From: Lingula anatina
Taxonomy: Eukaryota > Animalia > Brachiopoda
Reading direction: 5' to 3'
Length of the DNA stretch: 64,000 bases
NCBI GenBank assembly: GCA_051362555.1
Contig: CM120649.1
Location: 11,470,001-11,534,000, forward strand
Positions 49,918 to 63,000 of the stretch are shown here, piece by piece; position 1 is the first letter of the stretch; each line of letters begins with the position of its first letter. A program made the translations under genes and the position numbers. Below the pieces are notes generated by a model that was not told where the DNA came from, made no database searches, and saw only the letters and a program-made list of their open reading frames with translations.

Positions 49918-52431
49918 TCACATCTGCGCTTCATCTACATCTAAAGCTTCATCAATTTGCCGCGTTCTCTTAAGCAGAGCAAGTTTCAGCTTTTTCCAGA
50001 ACTCCTCCCTCTTCCCATCATTCTCCTCTTCTGGCCACTCCAGGTAGGTCACGTGACGCTTCATGAGTCGCAGCGTCTTGGGGAGTTGATCGGGTGGGAT
50101 CTTCTCCAGAAACACCACAATGAGCGATTTACGCCTCTCGCGCAGTACCTTGGCCTGAGCAATGTCGATCTCATAACGACACCAATCACTCTGTAAGAAA
50201 TGTTGCGATATAATCAGTATCACCGCCTTGCTCGCCTCCATTTTCTCCACTATGCTATCTATGATGTAATCGCCCGGTAGGAAGTTTCTTGAATGGATAC
50301 ATACATTGAAAAATATGTCTCGACCTTGTTCATAACCTTGACCCTGACCCTGACCTTGGAGCATGTTTCGTCCCTGACCTTGACCCTCCACGTGTGGAAG
50401 AAACTGGCGCACGACCCACGCCTCATCTCGACTGTTATGAGCGACAAATGCGTCATATTCGTACTGTTCTTGTCTGTCGCCACAGCGAATATAGCCGTGC
50501 CGCCGACGGTTCAGTCTTCTCAAGTGCCACCAGTATACAATGTCAAGGCGAAAGTAGGCCACAAGACCTGCCACTGCTCCAATAATCAAAACGCCGGCCC
50601 CGATACAACAGAACACGACAGTAATCAAATGGTTTCCGCATGTAATCCAAGGCGGGTTAAAGTCCTCCAGGGCGGTGTTTTGGTACTCGGCCGGCTCGCT
50701 ACATTTCTGTCTTGCTCCATATACTTTCGTGGTTGAATGACGGAGCCACTCGGAAAACGAACTGGAATCGCAGCTACACGAAAAGCGATTGAGCTCAATA
50801 TTTAGGAAGTGAAGGCGCGGGTTCGTTCCTAATATAGAACCTATATCGATTGTCACCAGTTTGTTTTTTCTAAGATTCAAGAAAACGAGCGAAGTGAGAG
50901 AATCAAATACGGTATCGACATTCTCCATATGATTGTCTGATAAGTCCAAATATTCTAAGTGAGGCAGATGGGAGAACATGTTGTTCGGAAGTTTGGAGAT
51001 ACTATTTGAAGCTAAAATTAGCCTCCTCAGTGGAACCTGCGATTTAAAAATTTGAGGAAGTACCCCAATTTTCATCATACAGAAGACCGCATTACCCGTA
51101 AGATCTATTTTACGGATGCTGGATAATCCTTCGAATGCAGAAAAATTCAGGTGATTTCTCAGCACACAAGCCTTGTTGTGTGTGTACTGAAATGTGACTA
51201 ATGACGTCATGTTTTGGACTATAAATAGATGAAGGCCCGGATGTGTATAAGGAGAAGGTAAACTTCCAAAGAGCCCATTCAAATACAACTCACGTAGGTT
51301 GGTCAGGCGCGTGAAGTTGAGATATCCATACAAGCGATTAAAAGACAGATCCAGAACGTTCAGATGTTGGTGAGGCGGATAAATTATCGTTTTTACCGTC
51401 ATGAATTCGTTGTGTTGGGCAACCAATTTCCGTAGGTTCGGGAAGCTAAGTGCTACTGATTTAAAAAGTTCCAAATCAGATATACCGTTCATGCTAATAT
51501 CCAGTTCTCTAAGCGTGGACGATAGTGTCTTGAAACTTGCACGAAAGGTTCTGATTTTACACAAAGAAAGATCCAACTTTTCAATCACCGGCAGAGCCTG
51601 AAAGATATCTGAAGCAACTGCAGCAATGTTATTACCACTGAGGCGGAGTTCGCGTAAACTCGAATTGGAAAGTGGCCTTAAAACTGATGAATTTAGTTCA
51701 GCGATATTAATTTGGCAGTGCGGAAGGTCGAGTACTTCTACCTTCGAGTACATTAATCTTTTAACGACCACGCCCCATATGCTGATCATGCCCATGCCCA
51801 AGTAAACAAAACGTTTAATTGGACGGAAGGCTTTCAAAGCTATTTCTGAAATGTTATTCCAGCCGAGGTCCACTGAAAGATTTTCCACTGATTTGAAGGG
51901 AAGGAAGTCCGAGTTCGTGATTTTGGTGATGTGATTTTCCTTGAGGTTTAAATAGAAATGGGTTTTTATCATGGTTGCATTGCTGACATGTTGGATCTGA
52001 AGTGAGTTTATTTTGTTGCACTGGAAGTTTGCTTCCTGTACATTTCGAAGTAACACGATAAAAGCTGGCAGGGCTTGGAGTAAATTGTTCTGTAACGATA
52101 CTCTCGTAAGCTCATCAAGACCCAAAAGGGCGTCATATTCAACAGTCTCTATCAAACATTGTTTCATTACCAGTTTCTTAAGGTGTGGTAGTCCAAGAAA
52201 AGTTCCATTTTTAAGTGTTTTAAATGTGCTGTCGGAGATCTCGAGGGTTGAAGTGTGTGGCGGTATCCCTGGGATATCAACTGGTCGTATGTTGGCACAC
52301 CTGACGTCAAGTCTGCCGTTGACGTCACTAGAACAAGTGCATTGCCTCGGACACGAACTACCAGAGGAAATAACGTGGTGGTTTACAGTAAAAAACGCTA
52401 TCAGAAGCAGCAATCTTTTTTCAGTAGTCAT
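49918..52431 (-). CDS. TLR: Toll-like receptor (single exon, single juxtamembrane cysteine cluster), 837 aa
   Basis: Signal peptide, LRRNT CPRQCTC..C, many LxxLxLxxN repeats, LRRCT NRFSCSC..C..C, TM, then TIR box1 YDAFVAH, BB loop RNFLPG and box3 FWKKL. Confidence 0.95.
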   Translation of the reverse strand: MTTEKRLLLLIAFFTVNHHVISSGSSCPRQCTCSSDVNGRLDVRCANIRPVDIPGIPPHTSTLEISDSTFKTLKNGTFLGLPHLKKLVMKQCLIETVEYDALLGLDELTRVSLQNNLLQALPAFIVLLRNVQEANFQCNKINSLQIQHVSNATMIKTHFYLNLKENHITKITNSDFLPFKSVENLSVDLGWNNISEIALKAFRPIKRFVYLGMGMISIWGVVVKRLMYSKVEVLDLPHCQINIAELNSSVLRPLSNSSLRELRLSGNNIAAVASDIFQALPVIEKLDLSLCKIRTFRASFKTLSSTLRELDISMNGISDLELFKSVALSFPNLRKLVAQHNEFMTVKTIIYPPHQHLNVLDLSFNRLYGYLNFTRLTNLRELYLNGLFGSLPSPYTHPGLHLFIVQNMTSLVTFQYTHNKACVLRNHLNFSAFEGLSSIRKIDLTGNAVFCMMKIGVLPQIFKSQVPLRRLILASNSISKLPNNMFSHLPHLEYLDLSDNHMENVDTVFDSLTSLVFLNLRKNKLVTIDIGSILGTNPRLHFLNIELNRFSCSCDSSSFSEWLRHSTTKVYGARQKCSEPAEYQNTALEDFNPPWITCGNHLITVVFCCIGAGVLIIGAVAGLVAYFRLDIVYWWHLRRLNRRRHGYIRCGDRQEQYEYDAFVAHNSRDEAWVVRQFLPHVEGQGQGRNMLQGQGQGQGYEQGRDIFFNVCIHSRNFLPGDYIIDSIVEKMEASKAVILIISQHFLQSDWCRYEIDIAQAKVLRERRKSLIVVFLEKIPPDQLPKTLRLMKRHVTYLEWPEEENDGKREEFWKKLKLALLKRTRQIDEALDVDEAQM

Positions 52432-52801
52432 TTTTTTCTCTCACTTTAAAGTATGACGCAACGGAGTATGCTGTATTTTTTCCGGTATGCTGTATTTCCT
52501 TTGGGTGGAAAATGTGAAGAAGAAAAATCAGCAATGATCTGTCTGTGTCTTCTGTGCCTAAGCAACGAAACAGTCGATAATACTTACACGTAAGATCTTC
52601 ACTGAACCCTTTCTTTTTTCCGGACCCCAAAAAAGTTTTCAAGAACAATGCGTCCTTATCTATTTCGTTCTCCTGAGAGGGTTACTCACTCAGTCATATT
52701 TTAAGCTCACTACAAACAGCTTCGGTATTTTAATTTAAGCAAACTTAAGATCACCAGAAATAATGTCTGTGCATTTGACAAAATTTCTCACAAAGGCATG
52801 T

Positions 52802-52935
52802 GGAAAGTGAAAGCGAAACAACACTCCGAGTGACTGGGCGTTCGCGTGATTTACATCCGCGGTTTTGAGTCATGACCGTTTATTTTTCATTTTTGTCCGA
52901 ATCAAATCCAAGGATTTAAGCACGAAAAGGAAGTC
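52802..52935. promoter_or_regulatory. Candidate TLR promoter motifs: ISRE/IRF element, AP-1, ETS
   Basis: GAAAGTGAAAGCGAAAC at 52803-52819, TGAGTCA at 52866-52872 and GGAAGT at ~52929, 370-500 bp upstream of the TLR ATG. Confidence 0.5.
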
Positions 52936-53541
52936 AACCGGTCTCGCATTTCATCAGCTTTACTTTATTGGGAGCACAATAAATAGCGAAACGAGACAAA
53001 ACCACACAATTAAATGATCTGTCCTGCGCCCATACAAACTGGTACCTATACTGCGTAGATATAGACCTATATAGTAGGCTCAGTAACACACTTGTCGGCA
53101 ACAGTAACATAAATATATATATATATTTGTTTTTTAAGCGTATATTTTCTGAAAAGGATACACAGTGTGAATATGCAATTCATGTTTCTACATTGTACAG
53201 TAACCTAACACCAAATTCACGACTAGTGACGTTTAAGAGGTTCACGTGAAACACGCAGGATTGCTGTTTAGCGGTACCCTTGGCCTACTACTTCCAGTGT
53301 CATATACAGACATAGACAGTAGGCAAAGTGGAAATGCTTGGGCGACAGCTCTGCTGCTCACTACCCAGACCTGAGTTAAGACGCACATGGAGTTATTAAA
53401 ATGGTTTCTGAGCATTCGACTTAATATATAGGGAAATGATAATGGATTAGAAATAATGAATAAAAACAGTTGTTACCAAATTTCAAATTTTAATGTAGTT
53501 TTTGATGAAATAGATGTAAGTTAAACAAAGCAGATTTGACT

Positions 53542-53597
<56 letters not shown>

Positions 53598-53990
53598 TAT
53601 ATATTGTGATGGTTGCCATATTGTCTTTACTTGCTTTCTCCCTCAATCCTGGCACTCTTATTTCAGTCGGGCAAAAAGAAAAAATTATAACAAAAATAAA
53701 AATAAAAATATATATTAAAAAAAAAACTTAATTAGACATGACCCAAAAGCCTCCCCCCCCCAAAAAAAAAAAAAGGTTTCCATTTGAAACAGAGAAACCA
53801 TCTGATTTTTTTGTGCAGTTTTTTTTTCGTCCTGTGGCATTATTATTATTGAAATTGTCAAACTTTTTAAAGTTTTTAAATTTCGTTTGGGGAGTGTTGA
53901 ATAATGATTTCAGCAATTCAGATTTCAGATTAAGCAAAAAAACAAGAACAAAGAATTTGCAATGCTTGGTGTTTTAAGCGCGCGACAGTG

Positions 53991-54033
<43 letters not shown>

Positions 54034-54139
54034 TTTAAAACTGTGGAAATCTATTCCTCAATATAAAGTATATACAGCTAATGACTAACCATTTTACGAC
54101 TGTCGCAAATGAAATATGACCCACTTTCAGCAAGTGCTG

Positions 54140-54257
54140 AACTTCCGGTAAAACAGGCTTCCGATTGTTTTTCAATCATCGTGTCATTTTTCATTTAACG
54201 CGTGCAACTAGCGCCTGATCGTAGTAAAAATGATACACGGGAAAACAAAGAACTGAG
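54140..54257 (+). promoter_or_regulatory. Probable promoter and non-coding first exon of PAK
   Basis: CpG-richer segment with ETS-type ACTTCCGG at ~54142 and a strong donor GAG|GTAAG at 54257/54258. Confidence 0.5.
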
Positions 54258-55132
54258 GTAAGATGCCTTTATTTGTTTTACTCATAACTGATTGCTATCT
54301 TTGTACTTTTAATTGGTAAATAGCGTTCAGTAATTCGACAACAAACAACTAGGGGGGGAAATGTTTGCCGGCCGGTGTCACTGTCTCGGGTCGTTGTCGT
54401 GATCAGTCTGTCATGAGAAAATCAGAATGTTGTTACATCACTTTTTTATCACGGTTTCCCACTCCTCTCCGTTAAGCAGATACCCGCATCGGCCAGTGTT
54501 AACATATTGTAGAAGTCAATGAGATGAATTCTCTGGCACTGACAGATCTAAATCAATACAGACTGGTGATGAATCATACATACCTCCTTCACTGGCTGAC
54601 TGCTGAGGAACGCATCGAAGTGTTTACATGCCTAGAATCATGTTTCCTCTTAGAAACATCTTGTATTTTTTTTCATCTGTCTTCATCGTGTTTTAATTCG
54701 CACGTTTTATCAAAGATGTTCAAATGGGAGATTTTGGCAGATTGACTGTGTGTATATATAGATAATAACCAGTTTTTTTATTTTATTTGTTCTATAACCT
54801 ATCAGCAATAAAATATAAAAACATACCTAAAGTGATTAAACATATCTTTATGAGATGTGACATTTCAGCTTTTAATCAAAGGGCCTTTACCTAATGACAT
54901 CAATATGAATTGTCTGTTTTCTTTTTTACCACTTTTACAGAAGAAATACTTAAAAACCTGCTTCACCAAACTTTTCATTAATTTTCAGTTTTCCTGATCA
55001 TGGCTATGTTAAATTGATTTCAGGTCAAAGGCATATAAGGAAGTTCCAAGCTATCTGACCACAGTGCCATATAACATACAGAAGGACCAATTCTTAACCT
55101 TTTGATGTCTGTAAACTACCAGTAAATCCAAC

Positions 55133-57029
55133 ATGTCAGATTTGGAGACCAATGATTTTCCTCCGGCGCCCCCGGTGAGACACACCAGTACTCTGCCAAG
55201 GTAAGGGATGATTATTTCAATAATGAATAAACAAATGAATGAAATCTAATTGGATCAATAAATAAATATTTATAAAACAAAGAAGAGAAAACAAGAGAAT
55301 CGTTTTGATTTTGTACTTGGATATACAAAACTGTATTCTACTGCAGAAAAAAAAGTAACAAAATGGTTAAATTGAGATAAACTTCTGTCTGAATTAAACA
55401 CTAATTTTGTTAAATACAGTTAACACTTGTGAATATCTCTTCAGGTTTCTTTATAATTATCTATTGGGGTACTTCCTTATCTTCCGAATACACCACTTCA
55501 ATCCCTCCCCTTCTCCCATTCACCAAACCCACTTCCCAGTGCAGAACTAAAACCATCCTCCAAATGGCATATGAAGTTGTCAGTTGAAAGTGCTCTTGCT
55601 GTATCTGTAGTCACATTTGTTGTCCATTTCCATATATCATTTTCTGAGGTGAAGACAGTCTGTTAGCTTTAATTAGATAAACCGTATACAGTTTACAACT
55701 ATATTACAAAAAGGATTATAATTTAGAACCCAAAAATAAGTTTATAGATCATGATTTTTCAGGGTTTTGGACATAGAAATGGAAAAGGGAAGGGATTTCT
55801 GGGAAATTCACTTTTGCTTTGTGAAAGTCTAGATTTAACACACACTGTATACCTTTAAAACTTACACCCACTTGAGTGTTGTCTGTGTCAGAATGTCTGT
55901 TATATTTATGGATATGTATATGAATACATCCTCTGGTTAACCTTTCTGTTGTGCTAATGATGTGAAGTTGAGAAAAGTTACAGGTATGTCTACTCAGTTC
56001 ACAGTATGCTATATCTATAAACTGTAGACTGTTAAAGGGTGTGCATGTATCTCTGTAGGTAAGCTGAGTTCAGGAAAGACTGAGTTCAGGAAAGTTGTGG
56101 GACCTGTCTCACATAATAACTGTAGGTCAAAAATAAGTCTAGTAAATATTTAATCCAATTTTTAGTCTTCTAAGAGCCAAGGTAAATCCATGCATGTACA
56201 GTTAGATGGAAATTAGAGCTGTTTATAACAAGAAAATGTGACTTGTGTTTCAGACCAGAATTTGATATTTACTGTCCAGACTGTTATATGAAATTAGTTT
56301 GAACTGAAATAAATCAAAATTCTGGTCCAAATGTTCTTTTTTTTTTTATTAAATTTGCTAGCTTCTTGTCAGAAAATACATTGTTGTAATCAAATCAAGA
56401 TGGTAAATCTCAAAAAAGTGAAGATGAAAATATGTGAGTAGTGTGAAAATTTGTAGTAATTACCATATAGTCTGTGTGAGATCTGATCATTTGTACTCTA
56501 TGAACCTCATTACTAGCATGGACACAAATCTTTTTCGGTTTACATCACTTAGCAGCTAAATCATAATGATAGTGTAGAGGAAGTCAAACAATGGATTTTT
56601 TATTTTGAGAAATCCCATCTCTTCAACCAATCATGCAAATATATATTTTTTTTACAATGTTTACTTGATGATGTATGTCCAGACCAATTCTTCTTACTCT
56701 TCAAGTGTCTTGCCATAAATAGGTGTTATAAAAGCTGGTGAATCAACAGAGTTTAAATTTTGGTATCAAATGCCACCAGAGATGGTGTCGTGTAGTGTTG
56801 TGAAAAGTCAAATTGTCTACAAAGCATTGTAGAAAAATTTGAGTGCATTTTTATCTTCAAAACATACATGCTCCTTCTCTCTCTCTCTCTCTCTCCATCC
56901 TCTCTCCTCCCTCTTTCTCTCTCTCTCTATATCTCTGCCCTTCTCCTCCTCTCCTCCCTCTCTCTCTCCTCTTCTCTTCTCTCTCTCTCTCTGCCTGTCT
57001 ATCTCTCTGTCCATTTGTCTCTCTCTCAA

Positions 57030-57072
<43 letters not shown>

Positions 57073-60000
57073 GATGCACAAACAAAAAAATAAACACATG
57101 TACACACATCTTGGTCAGCCCTGATGGTCTGAAAATGTTTTAAAACTGAATAGCAACAATGTGGAACCATGTCTGAAAATGATTGAAAAGTGGCCAACTA
57201 CTAGTACAACTAATTGAGTTTCTATTCTTGAAGCTGTGAGCTGCGAGAGGGAAATTAATTTTTACACCAATTGTAGTGCAAAAATCAATGGCAGATGGTC
57301 TGTGAGGAGGTTTGCAACTCCATGGTCCCCTTTACACAGTTCAGAAGCCATATTTAGAATATTTTTATACTGATCTAAACATTTAAGAAGGATTTAAGCA
57401 AAAACAGACAGAGGACTTAAGTCTTTTTTTAGTTGAATTTAATGAGAATATGATTGTCAATGTTTAGATTTACTGTTAGAAAACCTTAGAGAAAGATAAA
57501 AATTTGGTTCTCATTTATTATTATTATTATTATTATTTGAATTTTTTCCCAAAATATGTCAAACCATCTTTCTCTCACAAGTCTGGAATGGATTCTATAG
57601 TAGTTTGTTTTGTGGTCTGTTTTTTACATGAAACCAGCACTGTATGCCTTTAATCTATAAGTTGGTGATGTAGGGGATGTATTGAGTACAATGTGGTCTG
57701 ATGTGCTGTGTGTTTTTGATAAGATCACATGGCACACCAAACCACAAGAGAGCACAAAAGAGGAAGTGGGGAAAAAAAAAAAGAAGAAAATGTGGCATTG
57801 TGGTTGCTGATGTTTTCTATAATGCATTAGCGGTTTTGATCTCTTTTTAACAATTATACTTATGTTGTCTCCTCACTTGCTCGCCCCCCCCACCCCCCCC
57901 ACCCCCCCACCCTTTCTACCCCTCCCTCCACTGCAAACATAGGGGCATTCTCTTCAGAACAATAGGCGACTGAAAAAATTTATTTGACTATTTCTTAGGT
58001 CAATCTTATGTATAAGTATCATATATATGAAAAATAATTAAAGGAATAGATATAAGTATGATAAATAAAATAAGTAGAGAAAATAAAAGGAGAAAAATGA
58101 ATAAAATTATTTTGGAAAATTTGACATTGAGGCCATGAATTTTGTCTCTGATTTGGAAAATTGACCTGGATTTCATTAGAAATGGTAGTATGGGATGATT
58201 TTTCTCCTGTAGGGATGGTAATCTTGTAGCTCCAGTTGATAAACCTCTTCCTAAAGAACCTGATGCTGATGAAAAGAAGAAAAAAGCAAAAGCTTCCAAA
58301 GGTGAGGGTATTTGTTATTTAACAATAGATATTGTAGACTTGTTGATTTTGTCATTTTTAACATTTGAACTTATCATTTACAAAGATTGTTTCATTAAGC
58401 CAAATAAACAAATGTTTTATAATGACATTTTGTTTTAGACAATGAATGATATATTCATGTAATACCTGTAAATTTGAACAAAATTTATGTGTTGTATTTC
58501 TCAAAATGCTGTGTACTGAAGATGATTTGCTGATATGATAGAAGTATCAATTTAAAAGTTGTTGAAGGCAGTTAGGGTTCAGGTCAGAGATTTGATTTTT
58601 TGGTAATTGTAAATGATGAAGTTAAATGAATTGTGTATTTAATATTAGGTGCTTAAATATAAACACTCATTTTGGGTACTAGAAAGAAGAAAGGTGTAAA
58701 AGATCTTTCAAAATGAAGTAAGGATAGGTGGGTAAAATACTGGTAAAATACTGTGAAAGGGACGTTTCCTAGTACTTAATCATTTTGTTATTGTAAAGTG
58801 TACTTATTATTTGCACTTTCAGGTGCCAAAAAGAAGGACAGTGAGAAACCCATCATTTCAGAACCTACTAACTTTGAACACACGGTCCATGTTGGGTTTG
58901 ACCCCATGACTGGGGAGTTTACAGTAAGTTTCACTTTGTATTATTACCTCCTCTGACATTGGAGGTGATGGATTTGGTGGCGATGGTTAGTCTGTTAATG
59001 GAGGAGATAATTTTTAAAAGGTGCTTCACAATTTTTGGTGTTTTTTTAAGGTTAGGCAGTTTTTCTGGAGAAAGATGATATCATAGCAATTTTAACTGAG
59101 TTTGGGTTTTCCATTGAGATTATGGAATGTGCCATTAAAAGAAGTGTGATTGTGTACTATTAGAAAACATGACAGAAAGATGATCTGATACTTATTGGTG
59201 CAAAATATTCTATTTATTATATGACCATTTATTTATTTATTATTATTCAAACCTTACAGGGAATGCCTGAATCATGGGCCAAGCTACTCCAAAACTCCAA
59301 CATTTCCATCTCAGAGCAGAAGAAGAACCCTCAAGCTGTGTTGGATGTACTGAATTACTACGACCACTCGTCTAAAGAGAAACAAGAATCAAAGTATATG
59401 ACAAATATAACAAAACCTATGCGTAAGTACCCTGAGGAAGAGATGCGTGTACATTTTCATTGTTTACACACACACACGGCGCTCGCACACACACACACAC
59501 ACCTTTTCATGCCATTCAGGGAGAGATTCAAATGTCATTTGAAAATCAACGTTGAAATTTTCTTACTGTTGCTTAATGAAAAAAAGGACTCCTCCTTTTA
59601 CATTCTTTATTACCTTATTTATTAAACATGAATAAGTATAATATATATGATAACCTTAAATAATGTCCATGTTATTTATGTTATAATTTTGTTATGATGA
59701 ATTGTTGCTGTCGTTACATTTTAGGAGAACAAAGTGCAGAAGCATTTTTATTTCTGAAAATGTTTTTTCTTAAATGTTTTTTTCTCTTCAGGCTTAAAAA
59801 TTTCTCAGTAAAAGTGCTTTGTTTTTTGTTCTTCTAGCATAAAAATAAGAATGACTTATATTTCAGGATAATCTTTTTCTCTCTGTTTTGCTTTGTAAAG
59901 ATTCAAGCATTCATGACTTTTAAGGCATACAGTCAACTTTGGACCTTAATATAGCACATTTTAAAGATTTTAGTTTGAGTATGACTGGAATGAAGATCTT

Positions 60001-63000
60001 GACTCATTTGGTGGAATATAAAGCATTTTTAGAGCAAATAATTGAATAAGTTTTGTTATAAACCTTTGAGAAATCTATCCCAGAAATCCACATTTTTTGT
60101 ATTCTCTCATCATGCTTCTGCTATTTCTGCCTTTCCAGACTACAATATTACCCTAAAGACTCACCTTGCTGGGGGATACACTGTATGTATGACAAGTTGA
60201 TATAAGGAGGATGTGTGATACTTAATAACTGGACTAACTTTTGATTAAGACTCTTTCACATCAAGTGTTACGTCTTTCTGATACAGCTGTATGTTTTGAA
60301 TTTCTGCTTGTAATTATGCCCGTTCACAAGTTCTTAACAAGTTTGCTTCTTGTTCATTACTGTTATAGTAATTAGTAATTATTTGTGTTGAGTATGGGGA
60401 ATTCATTGAGATGACTCTCTTATTGTAATGGATAGGCTGGTAAATCTTCAGTTTCTCAAAAACAGACCAGATCTGCTGTATCACTAAGATGTAACCTCAG
60501 ATGTGAAAAGGGCATTTAGACTAAAAACGACTATTGGTTGTAGGCTAATTGTTAGTATGATGTATTATTCACTGCATTCTAGTTCATGTTGCATAAAACA
60601 GGATTTTTGTTCTTTTTAATAATGAAGATAAATTCTTTATATTTGTATTAATAAGCTTTGATAATTATGTAAATATGTAATGCTCCATTCCTATTTTTAT
60701 TGAAGTTCACTTTCACATTTTAATTTAAAAATAGAAAAAAAAGTCAGTTGTTTCAGCTTGAGTTATTTTGTTCTCTTAGTTCTTTGAACAACACCAGTTA
60801 AACTTTTTACTCATTTCAACAAAATTTGATTATATTCTGTCAATAGCAAAATTGAAAACATCCTGTTTTATGTAGAATAGTTTGTGATGAAGTATGCATC
60901 CTGTTTTGTTATTTGGATCTAGAAACGCATGCTTTGGGCTGGGAATGTAATAATATATTTCAATGAAAATACAACATATTAATTTTTCACATATGATTAT
61001 GTTCCAACACAGAATGAAAACACAAATTAGACAAAATATTTTCCCACATGAGCATGCATTTCTAGACCCATTGAAATTAGGCAACCCATCACCCCCTAAT
61101 AGCTCAAGTGGAATGTGCCAGCATGTGGATTATATACCAGGATGGAAGCAGAGGTCACCTTAGATAAGGGGTGTCGGGTGTATGCTGACTGCTGGTTGAT
61201 TTATTCCATCTTTAACCTATTTGTAGATTACAATACAACTCCCACGACAACACTCGCGGATAGGTTTGCCACACAGGCCGTAATTACTCCAGTACGTAGC
61301 TCAGATCTATGTTTTGTTCTTTTACATTTATCAGTTTTGAAGAACATTTTTCTTTGTATAATGTACTTTAAAAAGTACTATATTGTTTCTAATGGGTCTG
61401 AAGATTTTGTTTTTTTTTAATTTGAGGCATGGTGTATTCCTCCATTAAATGGGTTGTCATATGACTGACTCTTCGAAGCAATCATGAGACCTGGGGTGAA
61501 ATGTCCTGCCTCCTAAATAAAAACATAAATAAAACAAGTGAAATAAAAATTTAAAAAATACAAAAAATAAGATGAATAGGTTTTGTCTCATTAAAAGTTA
61601 TTTTTTTATAATCATTGCACAAGAGAATTTAATATATATATTTCATCCCCCCTTTTTTGGATTTTGCAATGAAACTGACAAATGAAATGGTCATTTTAGA
61701 AAGAAAGAAATTTTTGTTTCCTTGTTTCAAGAAATAATTAAGTTTCGATCAAAATCTGTGCATTGTGTAACATGAAAAATAAACAACTGTTAATTTATTT
61801 AACAACTTTCTTAAACAACTGTCAATTTATTTATTATTTATTTGTGATTATTCCACAAAACATTTTCACAATTAACAATTCCACAAACTGTCGCATCCTT
61901 TATTTTGAAATTGAAATAATTATCCATTGTTACTGTAGTAGTAGTCATGAAATCTCAATGTAGTGCATTGATTTTTAGTTATAAAAAATGAAGTAGATAG
62001 ATAGATTTTTTTACTGAATTGTCTGACAGAAATCAAAGGAATTTTGACAAAATAGATCCAAACGCATGAAGATCCTCTCACTCCCTTAGTTAATAATGAA
62101 TATTCTGTATATTTGATATATTCATAAAAATTATATTAACACAATTTTGAAAATCTACATTAATTTTTAAAATATAGTGTGTTGTATTGGTTTATGATAT
62201 TTGTGTGGCAAGGGCTGTTTTTTATTTGAGATTATATTAATTTGTAATTTGAATTTGATTTGAGATTTTAACAAACATATAACGTAATAACACTTTTTAA
62301 TGAGGATTGGTTAATACTAAAATTAAACAGTTACTTGAAGGAGTTGCATTTGGTACGTTGTTGAAGTTACTGTGCCACACAGTATAAAATACTAAATGAA
62401 ACTTGAGCTAAGTTTGTCTGTTTTTTTTTTCTGTTTGCTCTTATTAAGAAAAAGGGTATGGGAAACATAGATTATGAACCTATGTTAGCATGTAAAATGA
62501 TTGCTGAGGGTTGAAGTTAATTTTTTTTTTTTCTTTTGTAAAGATTTGACTTTTTTCCTAAGTAAGAAGCACTCTCATTAGTTAATAAACAAAGAATATG
62601 CAAGAAATGCTAGAGCAGGCTCAAGTATTCCTACTGGTGAAGTAACTATTCCATAAAATACCTCTCTGTGTGATAATTTCAGCAAAAGGGAGGCGACAGT
62701 TCTCTCTCTGTGACACCAGAAGATGATGATGAGGCTCCACCACCCTTGGCTCCTCGGCCAGACAAAACAAAATCTATTGTAAGCACATCAGTAATCTTCT
62801 GACTGTGTAAAGTCACAATTTGATGACCATTATACCGTTATGTAGTCAAAATGTGTTTTGCTTTGAAAATTACAATAGTTATTTATGCACAACATCTACC
62901 ATGTCCAAAAGCAATGACAAAATTATAAACAAGATAGAAATTTTTAAAGAAAATTAAGATTCATGAGAAAATGATATTGTAAACGATTCTGCCTTATCAT

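Noticed and set aside
56817-57197. Cluster of ORFs rich in ER/CV/HT/SL (also 31874-32215, 53536-53718, 1283-1519)
   Set aside because: Translations of microsatellites.
61081-61163. Third alternative PAK exon ([10 protein letters not shown]...)
   Set aside because: No polypyrimidine tract, no convincing phase-0 donor, and no similarity to the other two micro-exons.
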